The translations under genes and the position numbers were made by a program. Shown piece by piece: positions 1 through 9,849 of a DNA stretch of 44,388 nucleotides; position 1 is the first letter of the stretch, and each line of letters opens with the position of its first letter. A model generated the notes under the pieces. It did no database searches, was not told where the DNA came from, and saw only the letters and a program-made list of their open reading frames with translations. The DNA comes from Candidatus Omnitrophota bacterium (lineage in GTDB: Bacteria > Ratteibacteria > UBA8468 > B48-G9 > DTJG01), in assembly GCA_023818375.1 (NCBI GenBank), contig JAMWCC010000126.1, positions 2,684-47,071 of the forward strand. Reading direction: 5' to 3'.

Positions 1-240
1 CTTGGATGTGTTCTTGGGATATGGAGTTATTTTATGAAAAGTACACTAACGATAAGCCTAATTGTTGGTTTTTCTGTTATATTTATTTCGTTATGGGCAA
101 ATCTTATTGGAAGCTTGTTACCTATAATATTAAGAAAGTTACACTTAGATCCTGCAGTTGTTAGCAGTCCTTTTATTTCAACGATTCTTGATGTAAGTGG
201 ACTTCTGATTTATTTTAGTGTCGCCCTGCTCATTCTTTAG
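1..240 (+). CDS. mgtE: Magnesium transporter MgtE, C-terminal membrane part (5' truncated by window edge)
   Basis: Frame is open from base 1. 'GSLLPIILRKLHLDPAVVSSPFISTILDVSGLLIYF' matches the MgtE DPA..S.P.I.T..D motif. Confidence 0.9.
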   Translation, partial: LGCVLGIWSYFMKSTLTISLIVGFSVIFISLWANLIGSLLPIILRKLHLDPAVVSSPFISTILDVSGLLIYFSVALLIL

Positions 241-286
241 AGGGCTGAAATTTTTGTGTTAACATATCAGACTAAGGAGGGTAATA

Positions 287-2101
287 ATGGAAGGCATTAT
301 AATGCCACGCAGCAAGTCTGTGAGAATTAAGCCAGTTTCTATCAATGAAGTAAAAAATGAAGGTTTTTTTTATCCATACATAAAAAGAAACAGAACAATT
401 AGTATACCGTTATTGTATAAGCTATTCGAAAAATATGGAACAATTGAAAATTTCAGGATAGCTGCAGGTATTTCAAATAAAGAAATAACAAGAAGGCTTG
501 CTCCAGATTCGGATTTATACAAGTGGATGGAAGCTATAGCATGGGATTTACAGAGTTTTCCTGATAGAAACAGGACAAAACAGCTTGACAAATTTATAGA
601 TTTGATAGCAAAAGCTCAAGAAAAGTCAGGTTACATTGATACATATTATACCGGGCTTTTCAGAAAACAGAGGTTTAAGCGTCTTGAATATAGCCATGAA
701 CTTTATTGTGGTGGCCATTTGATACAGGCAGCAATTGCCCATTTCAGAAGTACTGGAAAAGAAAATTTCTTACAAATTGCTAAAAAATGGGCAAATTATA
801 TTGTGAAAAAGTATGAGAAAAAGGAGATTGTGGTAAACGATGGACATCCTGAAGTTGAAATGGCTTTAGTGGAATTGTACAGGACAACAGGTGATGAAAA
901 ATACCTCAAATTAGCTGGCACGCTTATGGAAATGCCCTATGTATATCTTGGTAATAAAAAATTTCTTGAGATCAATGAAATTACTGGACATGCTGTAAGG
1001 ATGATGTACTTATTTTCCGGAGCAACCGATTATTACCTTGAAACCAGAGACCCTAGATATTACAAAAAAATAAAACAACTGGCAGAGGATCTTTACGCTG
1101 GAAAATATTACATCACCGGTGGAATAGGTTCTCGCTATCAAGGAGAAGCATTTGGTTTTAAATACGAGCTTCCTAATTTAAGGGCATACTGTGAAACCTG
1201 TGCCTCAATAGCATTGATGATGTGGCTTTATAGGATGTTCTTCGTTGAGCAGGACGTAAAATGGTTCAATTTATTTGAGCGTGTTTTATACAACGCTTTT
1301 CTTGCATCTGTTTCATTGGATGGCAGAGAGTATTTCTATGTGAATCCACTTGCTTCGTATGGATCTTACAGAAGACAGAACTGGTACACAACTACCTGTT
1401 GTCCCCCCAACTTCCAGAGGTTTATAGCAAGCCTTCCAGCATATTTTTATGCTAAAGGAAAAAATGAGATCTGGGTAAATCTGTACGATACCAATCAAGC
1501 AAAACTGAAACTTGCTGATGAAAACACTGTGCTTGTTGATATGAAAACGGATTATCCTTGGAGCGGGAAGGTAAAAATTGATATAAAAAAGCATAATAAT
1601 GACAGAATAAAAATACATCTCAGAATACCGGAGTGGAGTGATAAGACCGAAGTGAGATTTGATGATAAGGTTTTCAATGCGGAAAAATCTTCTTATTTTA
1701 CTCTTGAGATTTCACAGTCCTGTTCGATTGACATTGAATTTGATGTAAAGGCTGAAATTTATCATTCTAATCCTGCTGTAGAATCTGACAAAAATTGTGT
1801 TGCAATTTGCAGAGGTCCACTTGTGTACTGTCTTGAAGGGGTTGACAACAATTTTGATCTTTTTAATTTTTTTCTGCCGCAACAGTGCTTCCAGCAACAG
1901 CGCGATGAAAATTTCTTTAATTTCGTTACAGTTCATGGATATGGGTTTTTGAATACTGATACAGATTTTCTATACAGAAAAGGAACGCCACATTACAGAT
2001 TTAAAGAAGTGAAGTTTAAAGCAGTACCTTATTTTTCCTGGGCAAATAGGAAAAAGTCTTCTATGATTTTATGGATTGGCAGCTTTAAAGGTACCGAATG
2101 A
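287..2101 (+). CDS. Glycoside hydrolase family 127 (beta-L-arabinofuranosidase-like)
   Basis: Motifs DSDLYKWMEA, HELYCGGHLIQAA, GHPEVEMALVELYR, GHAVR, YCETCA, CCPPN, RGPLVYC, VPYFSWANR. SD AAGGAGG upstream. Confidence 0.92.
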   Translation: MEGIIMPRSKSVRIKPVSINEVKNEGFFYPYIKRNRTISIPLLYKLFEKYGTIENFRIAAGISNKEITRRLAPDSDLYKWMEAIAWDLQSFPDRNRTKQLDKFIDLIAKAQEKSGYIDTYYTGLFRKQRFKRLEYSHELYCGGHLIQAAIAHFRSTGKENFLQIAKKWANYIVKKYEKKEIVVNDGHPEVEMALVELYRTTGDEKYLKLAGTLMEMPYVYLGNKKFLEINEITGHAVRMMYLFSGATDYYLETRDPRYYKKIKQLAEDLYAGKYYITGGIGSRYQGEAFGFKYELPNLRAYCETCASIALMMWLYRMFFVEQDVKWFNLFERVLYNAFLASVSLDGREYFYVNPLASYGSYRRQNWYTTTCCPPNFQRFIASLPAYFYAKGKNEIWVNLYDTNQAKLKLADENTVLVDMKTDYPWSGKVKIDIKKHNNDRIKIHLRIPEWSDKTEVRFDDKVFNAEKSSYFTLEISQSCSIDIEFDVKAEIYHSNPAVESDKNCVAICRGPLVYCLEGVDNNFDLFNFFLPQQCFQQQRDENFFNFVTVHGYGFLNTDTDFLYRKGTPHYRFKEVKFKAVPYFSWANRKKSSMILWIGSFKGTE

Positions 2102-2116
2102 AAAGGAAAGCAAAAA

Positions 2117-3235
2117 ATGGTAAGGGAAAAACTTATAAAAAAACTGGTAAAAAAATACGGCACTCCGCTATTTGTGATTTTTATTCCTGAGATAGAGAAA
2201 AGGATTAATCTGTTCCATAATCTTCTTCCAAGAGTAGAACCATTCTACGCAGTGAAAGCAAATCCACACCCATCTATTTTGAAATATCTTGCGCGAAAGA
2301 ACTTTGGGTTTGATGTGGCTTCAAAAAATGAAATAGAAAGTTTACTAAGGCTTGGTGTATCAAGCGAAAAGATGGTGTTTGCAAATACTATTAAATCACC
2401 AGAAACATTAAGGTTTGCTGCAAAAAATGGGATTGATCTGATGACCTTTGACTCTGAATATGAACTTAATAAGATTGCAAAAATTTTTCCTGGTGCAAGG
2501 GTAATGATAAGAATTAAGGTTCCAAATGTAGGTTCTGTCGTCGAGCTGTCATTGAAGTTTGGTGCAGAGCCTGCGGATGCAATGGGTTTAATTATAAAGG
2601 CGTTACAACTTGGACTTAGACCCGTAGGTGTAAGCTTTCATGTTGGTTCGCAGTGTCTTGAAGTGTCCAATTTTCTTGAAGCACTGGAGCTTTCGTCAAT
2701 AATTTTTCACGATGCATTACTTAAAAAAATTCCACTTGAGATCCTTGACATAGGTGGAGGGTTTCCAATAACCCATTTTGATAAAGAAGCCGACGTTTTT
2801 CCTTCAATGGCTGAAAAAATTAGCAGTGAAATAGATAGATTGTTTGACAAAAATATAAGAATTATCGCTGAACCTGGAAGATTTATTATAGGACCCGCAT
2901 GCGTCTTGATAACAAGGGTAATTGGTAAATCAATAAGAAATAACAAGCACTGGTATTATCTTGATGATGGAGTATATGGATGTCTTTCCGGAATCATTTA
3001 CGACCACTGTAAGTATCAGTACAAGGTTTTTAAAAAGGGACAAACCCAGCTTTCAACCCTTGCAGGTCCGACTTGCGACTCCCTTGATGTTATTTCTTTA
3101 AGTGAAGAATTACCCGAACTTGAGTTTGGAGATATTGTTTATGTGGAAAATATTGGAGCCTACTCTTATGCAACCGCAACCAACTTTAATAGCATTCCTA
3201 TTGCAAAGGTTATTTCAATTAACAAGGGGGTATAG
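2117..3235 (+). CDS. Fold-type III PLP-dependent basic amino acid decarboxylase (ornithine/lysine decarboxylase-like)
   Basis: PFYAVKAN (PLP lysine), FDVAS, KFGA, SFHVGSQ, LDIGGGF, EPGR, GPTCDSLD, GAYS. Confidence 0.9.
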   Translation: MVREKLIKKLVKKYGTPLFVIFIPEIEKRINLFHNLLPRVEPFYAVKANPHPSILKYLARKNFGFDVASKNEIESLLRLGVSSEKMVFANTIKSPETLRFAAKNGIDLMTFDSEYELNKIAKIFPGARVMIRIKVPNVGSVVELSLKFGAEPADAMGLIIKALQLGLRPVGVSFHVGSQCLEVSNFLEALELSSIIFHDALLKKIPLEILDIGGGFPITHFDKEADVFPSMAEKISSEIDRLFDKNIRIIAEPGRFIIGPACVLITRVIGKSIRNNKHWYYLDDGVYGCLSGIIYDHCKYQYKVFKKGQTQLSTLAGPTCDSLDVISLSEELPELEFGDIVYVENIGAYSYATATNFNSIPIAKVISINKGV

Positions 3236-4450
3236 ATGAAGAGGACTCACCGTGTAAGGGAGAATATGAGCGATTTGCCTGACTGGATGAGAAAAAAGAA
3301 GTGCCCACATAAAGATAAATATCTTTCTGGGAAAAGGATACTTCCTCCTTCGATAAATGGAAAGATGACACTAGAACAGCTTGTGGACGATATTTTTCTT
3401 GCATATAATGCCGCGAGGTTAAAAGAAGGATGCAGGCTTTTTACTGAAAAAATGCTTGAAGATGATGTAACCGTTGGTATGAGTTTGGCAGGAGCCTTGA
3501 CGCCTGCTGGACTTGGGGCTTCTGCAATTGTTCCCTTGATTGAAGCAGGATTTGTTGACTGGGTTATTGTTGCGACGGGAGCCAATTTGTATCATGATTT
3601 ACATTTTGCATTCAATCTGCCGCTATATGTGGGGACGCATCTTGTGGACGACGCAGATTTGAGGAAGAATGATGTTGTCAGGATTTATGATATTTTTCTT
3701 GCTTACACCGATTGTTTGATGGAGACAGATAAAATTCTGAGATCCATTTTAGTTCAACCAGAATTTCAAAAGGAGATGGGAACAAGCGAATTTTATTATC
3801 TTTTAGGTAGATATGCAAATGAGTTTGAAAAACAAAACAACTGTACTGGAGTATCTATTGTTGCAGCGGCGTACAGAGCAGGCGTGCCACTTTTCACCAG
3901 TTCTCCTGGCGATTCAACAATTGGAATGAATATTGCAGGTCTTGAAATTGAAGGAAACAAACTTAAGATTAATCCATCAATTGATGTTAATGAAACCACT
4001 GCAATAGTACTTGATGCAAAAAGATCTGGAGGTAAATCCGCAGCATTTCTTGTTGGTGGTGGAAGTCCAAAAAACTTTTTGCTTCAAACTGAGCCACAGA
4101 TACAGGAAATACTTTTGATTAGAGAGGTTGGACATGATTATTTTTTCCAGATCACAGATGCACGCCCCGATACAGGTGGATTATCCGGAGCAACCCCGCA
4201 TGAAGCAGTTTCCTGGGGTAAGGTTGATCCGAATATGCTTCCCAACGCAGTTGTTTGTTATCTTGATTCAACGGTTGCACTTCCCATAATTGCACATTAT
4301 GCTCTCGCGAAACGTAAGCCTAGAAAGTTAAAAAAGCTTTATCACAAGAAAACAGAATTGATGGATAAGCTTATACGAGAATATTTTGCACATAATCCCA
4401 GAAAAATTACCGGCAATATAGATGAGATAAAAAAGTATCTGAAGACCTGA
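3236..4450 (+). CDS. Deoxyhypusine synthase-like protein (probable homospermidine synthase)
   Basis: [42 protein letters not shown] (catalytic Lys). Starts immediately after the decarboxylase stop. Confidence 0.88.
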   Translation: MKRTHRVRENMSDLPDWMRKKKCPHKDKYLSGKRILPPSINGKMTLEQLVDDIFLAYNAARLKEGCRLFTEKMLEDDVTVGMSLAGALTPAGLGASAIVPLIEAGFVDWVIVATGANLYHDLHFAFNLPLYVGTHLVDDADLRKNDVVRIYDIFLAYTDCLMETDKILRSILVQPEFQKEMGTSEFYYLLGRYANEFEKQNNCTGVSIVAAAYRAGVPLFTSSPGDSTIGMNIAGLEIEGNKLKINPSIDVNETTAIVLDAKRSGGKSAAFLVGGGSPKNFLLQTEPQIQEILLIREVGHDYFFQITDARPDTGGLSGATPHEAVSWGKVDPNMLPNAVVCYLDSTVALPIIAHYALAKRKPRKLKKLYHKKTELMDKLIREYFAHNPRKITGNIDEIKKYLKT

Positions 4451-4457
4451 AACTAAA

Positions 4458-6044
4458 TCAGCTGCGAATGTATTGGATTTCAGGGAGTATGTCTTGTAGT
4501 AGAATCATGCCAACATAAATTGGTTTTCCATTGACAGTTTCAACTACTGGTATACTATGTATTCTGGAATCAGCAAAGATTCTTATTACATCCTGAATTG
4601 TAGAATCTCTTTCTATGGTAGGGTATTTTTCGTCAACAACATCAGCAGAAATTACAAGGCACGCTATTTCTTCTTTAAACATCGTATCCCTGACATCATC
4701 AAGATGAATTACTCCTTTATACACACCCTCATTGTCAGTAACTGGATAGACAGATAATTCTGTGTATTTAAGTCGTTTTGCAATATCGCAAATTGGAGTC
4801 AATAAATTAAATGGTTTTATATCAGTGTAAAAATCATCGATGAGAATCAGGCCCTTTGTCTCTCCTTTTAGACCAGGGAACAGTAGCAATCTTGCAATAA
4901 ATGTTCCTAACACTGTGGTAATGATGGCAAGGATAATAACTGAATTGAAAAGTACTTCAGAAATCATTCCGGAATTGAAAAAGACAATGCTTATTGCGAT
5001 GGCGCCGGTTAACTGAGGAACAATTGAAAATCCAAAACCAATAGAATCTCTATAAGAAAACCCTTCAATCCTTGAAACGAGATAACCTGAAAGCCCTCTT
5101 GAAATAACAAGGATTGTTATCGTTAAAAAACCAAGTATAAAATTTTCGGTTTGCGAAAAAATTGTCAAATTGACCCTTGAACCAACAATAATGAAAAATA
5201 TGGGAACAAAAATTCCGGAAGCAATAAAATTTATATTGTTTCTTACCATCCTATTAATGTGAATATTAGCAAGTGAAATTCCTGCAAAAAAGGAACATAC
5301 AACCGGCGGAATCTGTAACAAAGCTCCCATCGATACAACTATGACAAGAAGCATTAAAATTGTTGTGGTTTCGTCTTCTGAAGATTTCATTCCCTTGAGT
5401 TTTTTTAAAATCTTTTCGTGCAAAACCGGCAATACCTTCAAAACAAGAAAGAAGAATGCTCCCGCAAAAACAAAAAATTTAATGATGTCGAGTAATTCTT
5501 TTGATAGCCTTATTGCAAGAACTATTGTGAAAATAAAAAGGCTGAAAAGATCTGCCAGCACAGAAGTAAAAACAATCTGGTTAAAAAACCCCTTTTTTGT
5601 AAAGTCCATTTTTCGATAGAATTCTCTGAAAAACTGAATAACAACCTCTGAAGCTGGTGAAGAAAAAAGTGTTATCATATAGAGCGAGACTAAGATAGAA
5701 GATCCGACACGAAAGTATTTTGCTATAATTAGTCCGTATAAAAGCCCTACGATGGAAGGAATTAGGAGGTTAAAAACAAGCAAATCTTTAAAATTTTTTC
5801 CTGCCTTTTTTGTGGTGGGTTGAATTTTTAGTTCAAGTCCAGCTGAAAACATAAGCAAAATTATTCCAAGTTCGTAAAAATAATTTATGGAAGAAACATC
5901 TTTCACTAGCCCTATCCCAGAAGAACCAAATAGAATCCCAGCAATAATATAGATAATGAGTGTGGGAATTTTCAGATAAGTTGCCACAGGCCTTGCAAGA
6001 CAGATTGTAATAAAGGCAGCAAGAAAGAAACCAAATATTTCCAT
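4458..6044 (-). CDS. Cation:proton antiporter (CPA2/KefB-like) with C-terminal CBS domain pair
   Basis: About 12 hydrophobic segments with ELGIILLMFSAGLE and FVPIFFIIVG. C-terminal CBS-like 'YPVTDNEGVYKGVI' and 'IPVVE...VGMILLQDI'. Confidence 0.82.
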   Translation of the reverse strand: MEIFGFFLAAFITICLARPVATYLKIPTLIIYIIAGILFGSSGIGLVKDVSSINYFYELGIILLMFSAGLELKIQPTTKKAGKNFKDLLVFNLLIPSIVGLLYGLIIAKYFRVGSSILVSLYMITLFSSPASEVVIQFFREFYRKMDFTKKGFFNQIVFTSVLADLFSLFIFTIVLAIRLSKELLDIIKFFVFAGAFFFLVLKVLPVLHEKILKKLKGMKSSEDETTTILMLLVIVVSMGALLQIPPVVCSFFAGISLANIHINRMVRNNINFIASGIFVPIFFIIVGSRVNLTIFSQTENFILGFLTITILVISRGLSGYLVSRIEGFSYRDSIGFGFSIVPQLTGAIAISIVFFNSGMISEVLFNSVIILAIITTVLGTFIARLLLFPGLKGETKGLILIDDFYTDIKPFNLLTPICDIAKRLKYTELSVYPVTDNEGVYKGVIHLDDVRDTMFKEEIACLVISADVVDEKYPTIERDSTIQDVIRIFADSRIHSIPVVETVNGKPIYVGMILLQDILPEIQYIRS

Positions 6045-6140
6045 ACTTAAATTTTAAAGCAACAATACAGGTAGGGTCAAAAATATTCTAAACCATTTTC
6101 AATCGACATCGTCAAAAGGTAAGAAAGGAGGTGATAAAAA

Positions 6141-6581
6141 ATGAAAAAGATATTGATGGTAGGAGTGTTTCTACTGGTGGCAGGTGGACTTATCCTGGCA
6201 GCAGAACAACAGATAGAAAAGAATAAAATAGAAAAAAGAGGAGCTGAGCAGGGATTAAGAAGAGGTCCTGGCGAAATGGGACTTGGTTTATATGAGCGGC
6301 TCAATCTGACAGAAGAACAGAAGGCAAAAATTAGGGAAATTCAGAAAAGCAGAAGAGAGCAACTATCTGCCCTTCAACAAGATACCACACTTAGCCAGGA
6401 GCAGAAAAGAGAAAAAATGAGGCAGATAATGGAATCTACACAAAAACAGATGGATGAGGTTCTCACTCCTGAGCAAAGACAACAGATGGAAAAACTAAGA
6501 GAAGAAATGAGGGAAAGGATGAAACAACACTGGAAAAAAAGAAATCAGGGCGAAGAAAAACCTTCAACTGAAGCAAAGTAG
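6141..6581 (+). CDS. Spy/CpxP-family periplasmic protein (LTxxQ motifs)
   Basis: Signal peptide, motifs LNLTEEQ, LSQEQ and VLTPEQ, Met/Arg/Glu-rich helices. Strong SD AAAGGAGGTG. Confidence 0.8.
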   Translation: MKKILMVGVFLLVAGGLILAAEQQIEKNKIEKRGAEQGLRRGPGEMGLGLYERLNLTEEQKAKIREIQKSRREQLSALQQDTTLSQEQKREKMRQIMESTQKQMDEVLTPEQRQQMEKLREEMRERMKQHWKKRNQGEEKPSTEAK

Positions 6582-6591
6582 TCCTTTCCTG

Positions 6592-6628
6592 AATAGAAGG
6601 GCGGGATTTAAAACCCCGCCCTTCTATT
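6592..6628. terminator. Probable bidirectional intrinsic terminator between convergent genes
   Basis: Perfect 14-bp inverted repeat AATAGAAGGGCGGG (6592-6605) / CCCGCCCTTCTATT (6615-6628). Confidence 0.85.
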
Positions 6629-7577
6629 AATTACATTCTGCAATCAATGGTCCTGCAAGTTCTTTTAAGAAGAAAAGTTTACCCGGCAATGTGGGCATAA
6701 AGCTACTTGGTACCCAGATATCAGGTCCATAACGTAGTGTTACCCAAAGGCTCATTCCCTGCCACATCATACCTCTTCCGAGAGCACCATCACAACCGCC
6801 AATAATTTTATCGGCTTTTAAAAAAATTCCTGGTCCTATCGTATTTGCAAAACACGGCACAAGGGTTGTGCGGCTTTTGAAACTTGTTATGGCATTTTGT
6901 TCTATGGTTAATGGATGGAGTTTTGCACCAAGCCGGTATTGTTGTTTTTTCCATTCTTCAATATTTTTAAACTCTGCTGCAAAATGTGGTTCCCAGAAGG
7001 CAATATGAAAAACCCTCCCTATTCCAAAAATTACCACAAGCTTTGCATCCTGATCCTTCAGCTTACTAATTTTCTCAGGATATGTTGGCAAGACCTTTTT
7101 TGTCGCGAAATTGCGTTGACCTGGTGGCACAGTTAATTCACCCAGTGGTCCATAGAATGCCTGCTCCATTGCGTTCTGGAAAGCACCCGGGTTGTTTGGC
7201 GGTAGGGTATTGCCTTTTGAATCACTCCATTCATCCATATTGAAGCCATATACGTGTTTACAAGAGACATTCCACTGTTTCAGAAAATAAACAGCCCATT
7301 TGTACATGCCCATAGGTCCAACAGGGAGAATAAGAATCAGTTTTCTTTTTTCCTTCGCTGCGTCAGAAATCTCTTTGGCTATTTCGTGTCCCATTTTTGT
7401 ATCAAATTCTTCCAGTGTTTGGCACATGATTGGTTGAAAGTCTTTATGCCACCACTTCTGCCTTTCAAGTATTTTTTCAGGCGGGTTTGAACAACATCTA
7501 TCAATTTTTTTTAAATCCCATCCAGCTGGAAAAAAATCTTCAAGCAATGATCCTTTGATTGTTTTCATCAGATCCAT
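6627..7577 (-). CDS. Glucosamine-6-phosphate isomerase/deaminase-like protein (NagB superfamily)
   Basis: [16 protein letters not shown] and [14 protein letters not shown] resemble NagB FNLDEY and GIGxNGHIAFNEP. Confidence 0.75.
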   Translation of the reverse strand: MDLMKTIKGSLLEDFFPAGWDLKKIDRCCSNPPEKILERQKWWHKDFQPIMCQTLEEFDTKMGHEIAKEISDAAKEKRKLILILPVGPMGMYKWAVYFLKQWNVSCKHVYGFNMDEWSDSKGNTLPPNNPGAFQNAMEQAFYGPLGELTVPPGQRNFATKKVLPTYPEKISKLKDQDAKLVVIFGIGRVFHIAFWEPHFAAEFKNIEEWKKQQYRLGAKLHPLTIEQNAITSFKSRTTLVPCFANTIGPGIFLKADKIIGGCDGALGRGMMWQGMSLWVTLRYGPDIWVPSSFMPTLPGKLFFLKELAGPLIAECN

Positions 7578-7603
7578 CTTAGCCTCCTCGGTTGATAAAA
7601 CTT

Positions 7604-8578
7604 TCAGGCTTTACCAGCGCTTCCGAGTACATTTTTGCACTTGTCGGCATACATGTTCTTCAACGCTTCTCTGGCTGGGCCTAGATACTTTCTCGGATCG
7701 AACTCAGATGGATGTTCTGCAAGATACTTTCGTATCATTGCTGTCATGACAAGTCTACCGTCTGAATCGATATTTATTTTACAAACTGCAGATTTGGCAG
7801 CACGCCGCAATTGCTCCTCTGGTACTCCTGCAGCATTTTCTATTTTACCGCCATATCTGTTAATCATCTCAACATATTCAGGTAATACAGAAGATGCACC
7901 ATGTAGGACAATAGGGAAACCTGGTAGTCTCCTTTCACACTCTTCAAGGATGTCGAATCTGAGCGGTGGAACTGGCTGGCCCGGTTTTATTTTGAATTTG
8001 TAAGCACCATGTGATGTTCCGATGGATATTGCAAGACTATCAACACCTGTTTGTGAAACAAAATCTTGCACCTCTTCGGGTTTTGTATAATGTGATTTTT
8101 CAGAAGAAACATGTTCTTCGATACCGGCAAGTACTCCAAGCTCACCTTCAACCGTTACATCGTACTTATGCGCATAATCAACGACCTTTTTTGTCAGTGC
8201 AACATTTTCTTCATAAGGTAGATGGGAGCCATCTATCATAACAGAAGAAAAACCATTTTCTATGCAGGAAACACACAATTCATAGCTATCCCCGTGGTCA
8301 AGATGAAGTGCGATTGGTATATTTGCTCCCATTTCCTTTGCCATTGCAACAGCGCCCTGTGCCATGTATCTTAACATTGTCTGGTTTGCATATTGACGAG
8401 CTCCTTTTGAAATCTGAAGAATTACAGGACTTCTTACTTCGACACAGGCAGTGATAATTGCTTGCAATTGTTCCATGTTATTGAAGTTAAAGGCAGGTAC
8501 TGCATATCCTTCTTTCATAGCCTTCTTAAACATTTCTCTTGTATTGACAAGACCCAGTTCTTTATAACTTATTGCCAT
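7604..8578 (-). CDS. fba: Class II fructose-1,6-bisphosphate aldolase
   Basis: [50 protein letters not shown]. Start refined to ATG 8578 after SD GGAGG. Confidence 0.95.
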   Translation of the reverse strand: MAISYKELGLVNTREMFKKAMKEGYAVPAFNFNNMEQLQAIITACVEVRSPVILQISKGARQYANQTMLRYMAQGAVAMAKEMGANIPIALHLDHGDSYELCVSCIENGFSSVMIDGSHLPYEENVALTKKVVDYAHKYDVTVEGELGVLAGIEEHVSSEKSHYTKPEEVQDFVSQTGVDSLAISIGTSHGAYKFKIKPGQPVPPLRFDILEECERRLPGFPIVLHGASSVLPEYVEMINRYGGKIENAAGVPEEQLRRAAKSAVCKINIDSDGRLVMTAMIRKYLAEHPSEFDPRKYLGPAREALKNMYADKCKNVLGSAGKA

Positions 8579-8643
8579 CCTATTACCTCCTGATGTATTT
8601 AAAGTTCGTTTAATTTTATCATAGCGTATCAATTTCTACAAAA

Positions 8644-9849
8644 TTACCTAGTGTTTAGGAAAGACTTTATAAACTGCTCGCCTTTTAACTTACCCAAAAT
8701 ACCATTTGAACATGATTTTTCATTAAAGGATTTTACATTGTCGGGTTTGAGCCGCGGACTATAAATAACAAATGGAACATCTTCATCTGAATGACACCTG
8801 ACAGAGACAGGCGTGTAATGATCTGGGATTACTGCGATTGTTGTATTCATTAAATCTATGTTTTTTAAAATTGTTCCAACAAGTCTTTCATCAAAATCCT
8901 CAATACACTTTATTTTCAATTGAACATTTCCTTCGTGTGCTGCTTCATCCGGTGCCTCAACATGAACATAAACAAGATCGAATTTTTTGAGTGCGTCTAT
9001 CGCTGCATTGGCTTTTCCTTCATAGTTTGTGTTGTAAAGTCCTGTTGCTCCAGGAACATTTATAACCTGAAAGCCTGCGTATATCCCAATTCCTTTAATT
9101 AAATCGACGGCCGAAATCACAGCGCCTGAGATTCCAAATTTTTTTGTGAACAGCTCCATATCTGGTTTCTTCCCTGGAGACCATGGCCAAATAAAATTTG
9201 CCGGTTGCTTACCAGAGTTGATTCTTTTTATGTTTACAGGATGATGATTGAGGATTCTTCTGGAATTCATTATTAAATCCATCAACATTTTTTCTGTCTT
9301 TTTTGCTTGTGGTGTTAATGCTTTCGGTAATAGAAGTTTGAAATCTCTTCCAATGTTATCGTGTGGTGGAAAGCACTCCACCATTGGAGAAAATCCATCT
9401 TTTAGAATTAGAATATGTCTGTAGTCAAGGCCCGGATAAAACTTTATTTGCTCTGAAGCAAATTCTTTATTTAAGTCCTCAATCAATTTTCTGCTTTCTT
9501 CAGTGCTAATATGACCTGCTGAATGGCTAACAATACGATCATTATCGATGAAAATTGTATTGCAACGGAAGACTACTTCATCTTGAAAAATGTTTATTCC
9601 CAGAGCAGCTGCTTCAAGAACTCCACGTCCTTGATAGCATTTTTCTGGATTATAACCAAGAATTGTTAAATTTGCTACCTCTGAGCCAGCTGAAAAACCA
9701 TGCGGTATGGTTTCCATTAAACCGCAACAGCCTTTCTCTGTTAAGAAGTCAATATTCGGTTTATATGCATATTCAAGAGGAGTTTTGTATTTCAATTCTT
9801 CTAACGGGTAATCAGCAGCACCATCAGGAACAAGGATTAAATATTTCAT
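8644..9849 (-). CDS. Cofactor-independent phosphoglycerate mutase family protein (ApgM-like; proposed homoserine kinase type)
   Basis: DGAAD, KTPLE, GSEVANL (catalytic Ser), GRGVLEAA, HVEAPDEAAHEG, PDHYTP. Overlaps the thrC stop by 4 nt. Confidence 0.88.
   Translation of the reverse strand: MKYLILVPDGAADYPLEELKYKTPLEYAYKPNIDFLTEKGCCGLMETIPHGFSAGSEVANLTILGYNPEKCYQGRGVLEAAALGINIFQDEVVFRCNTIFIDNDRIVSHSAGHISTEESRKLIEDLNKEFASEQIKFYPGLDYRHILILKDGFSPMVECFPPHDNIGRDFKLLLPKALTPQAKKTEKMLMDLIMNSRRILNHHPVNIKRINSGKQPANFIWPWSPGKKPDMELFTKKFGISGAVISAVDLIKGIGIYAGFQVINVPGATGLYNTNYEGKANAAIDALKKFDLVYVHVEAPDEAAHEGNVQLKIKCIEDFDERLVGTILKNIDLMNTTIAVIPDHYTPVSVRCHSDEDVPFVIYSPRLKPDNVKSFNEKSCSNGILGKLKGEQFIKSFLNTR

Noticed and set aside
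3236-4450. Possible eIF5A/EF-P hypusination system
   Set aside because: No efp/aIF5A or hydroxylase gene nearby. Linkage to a polyamine-precursor decarboxylase favours homospermidine synthesis.
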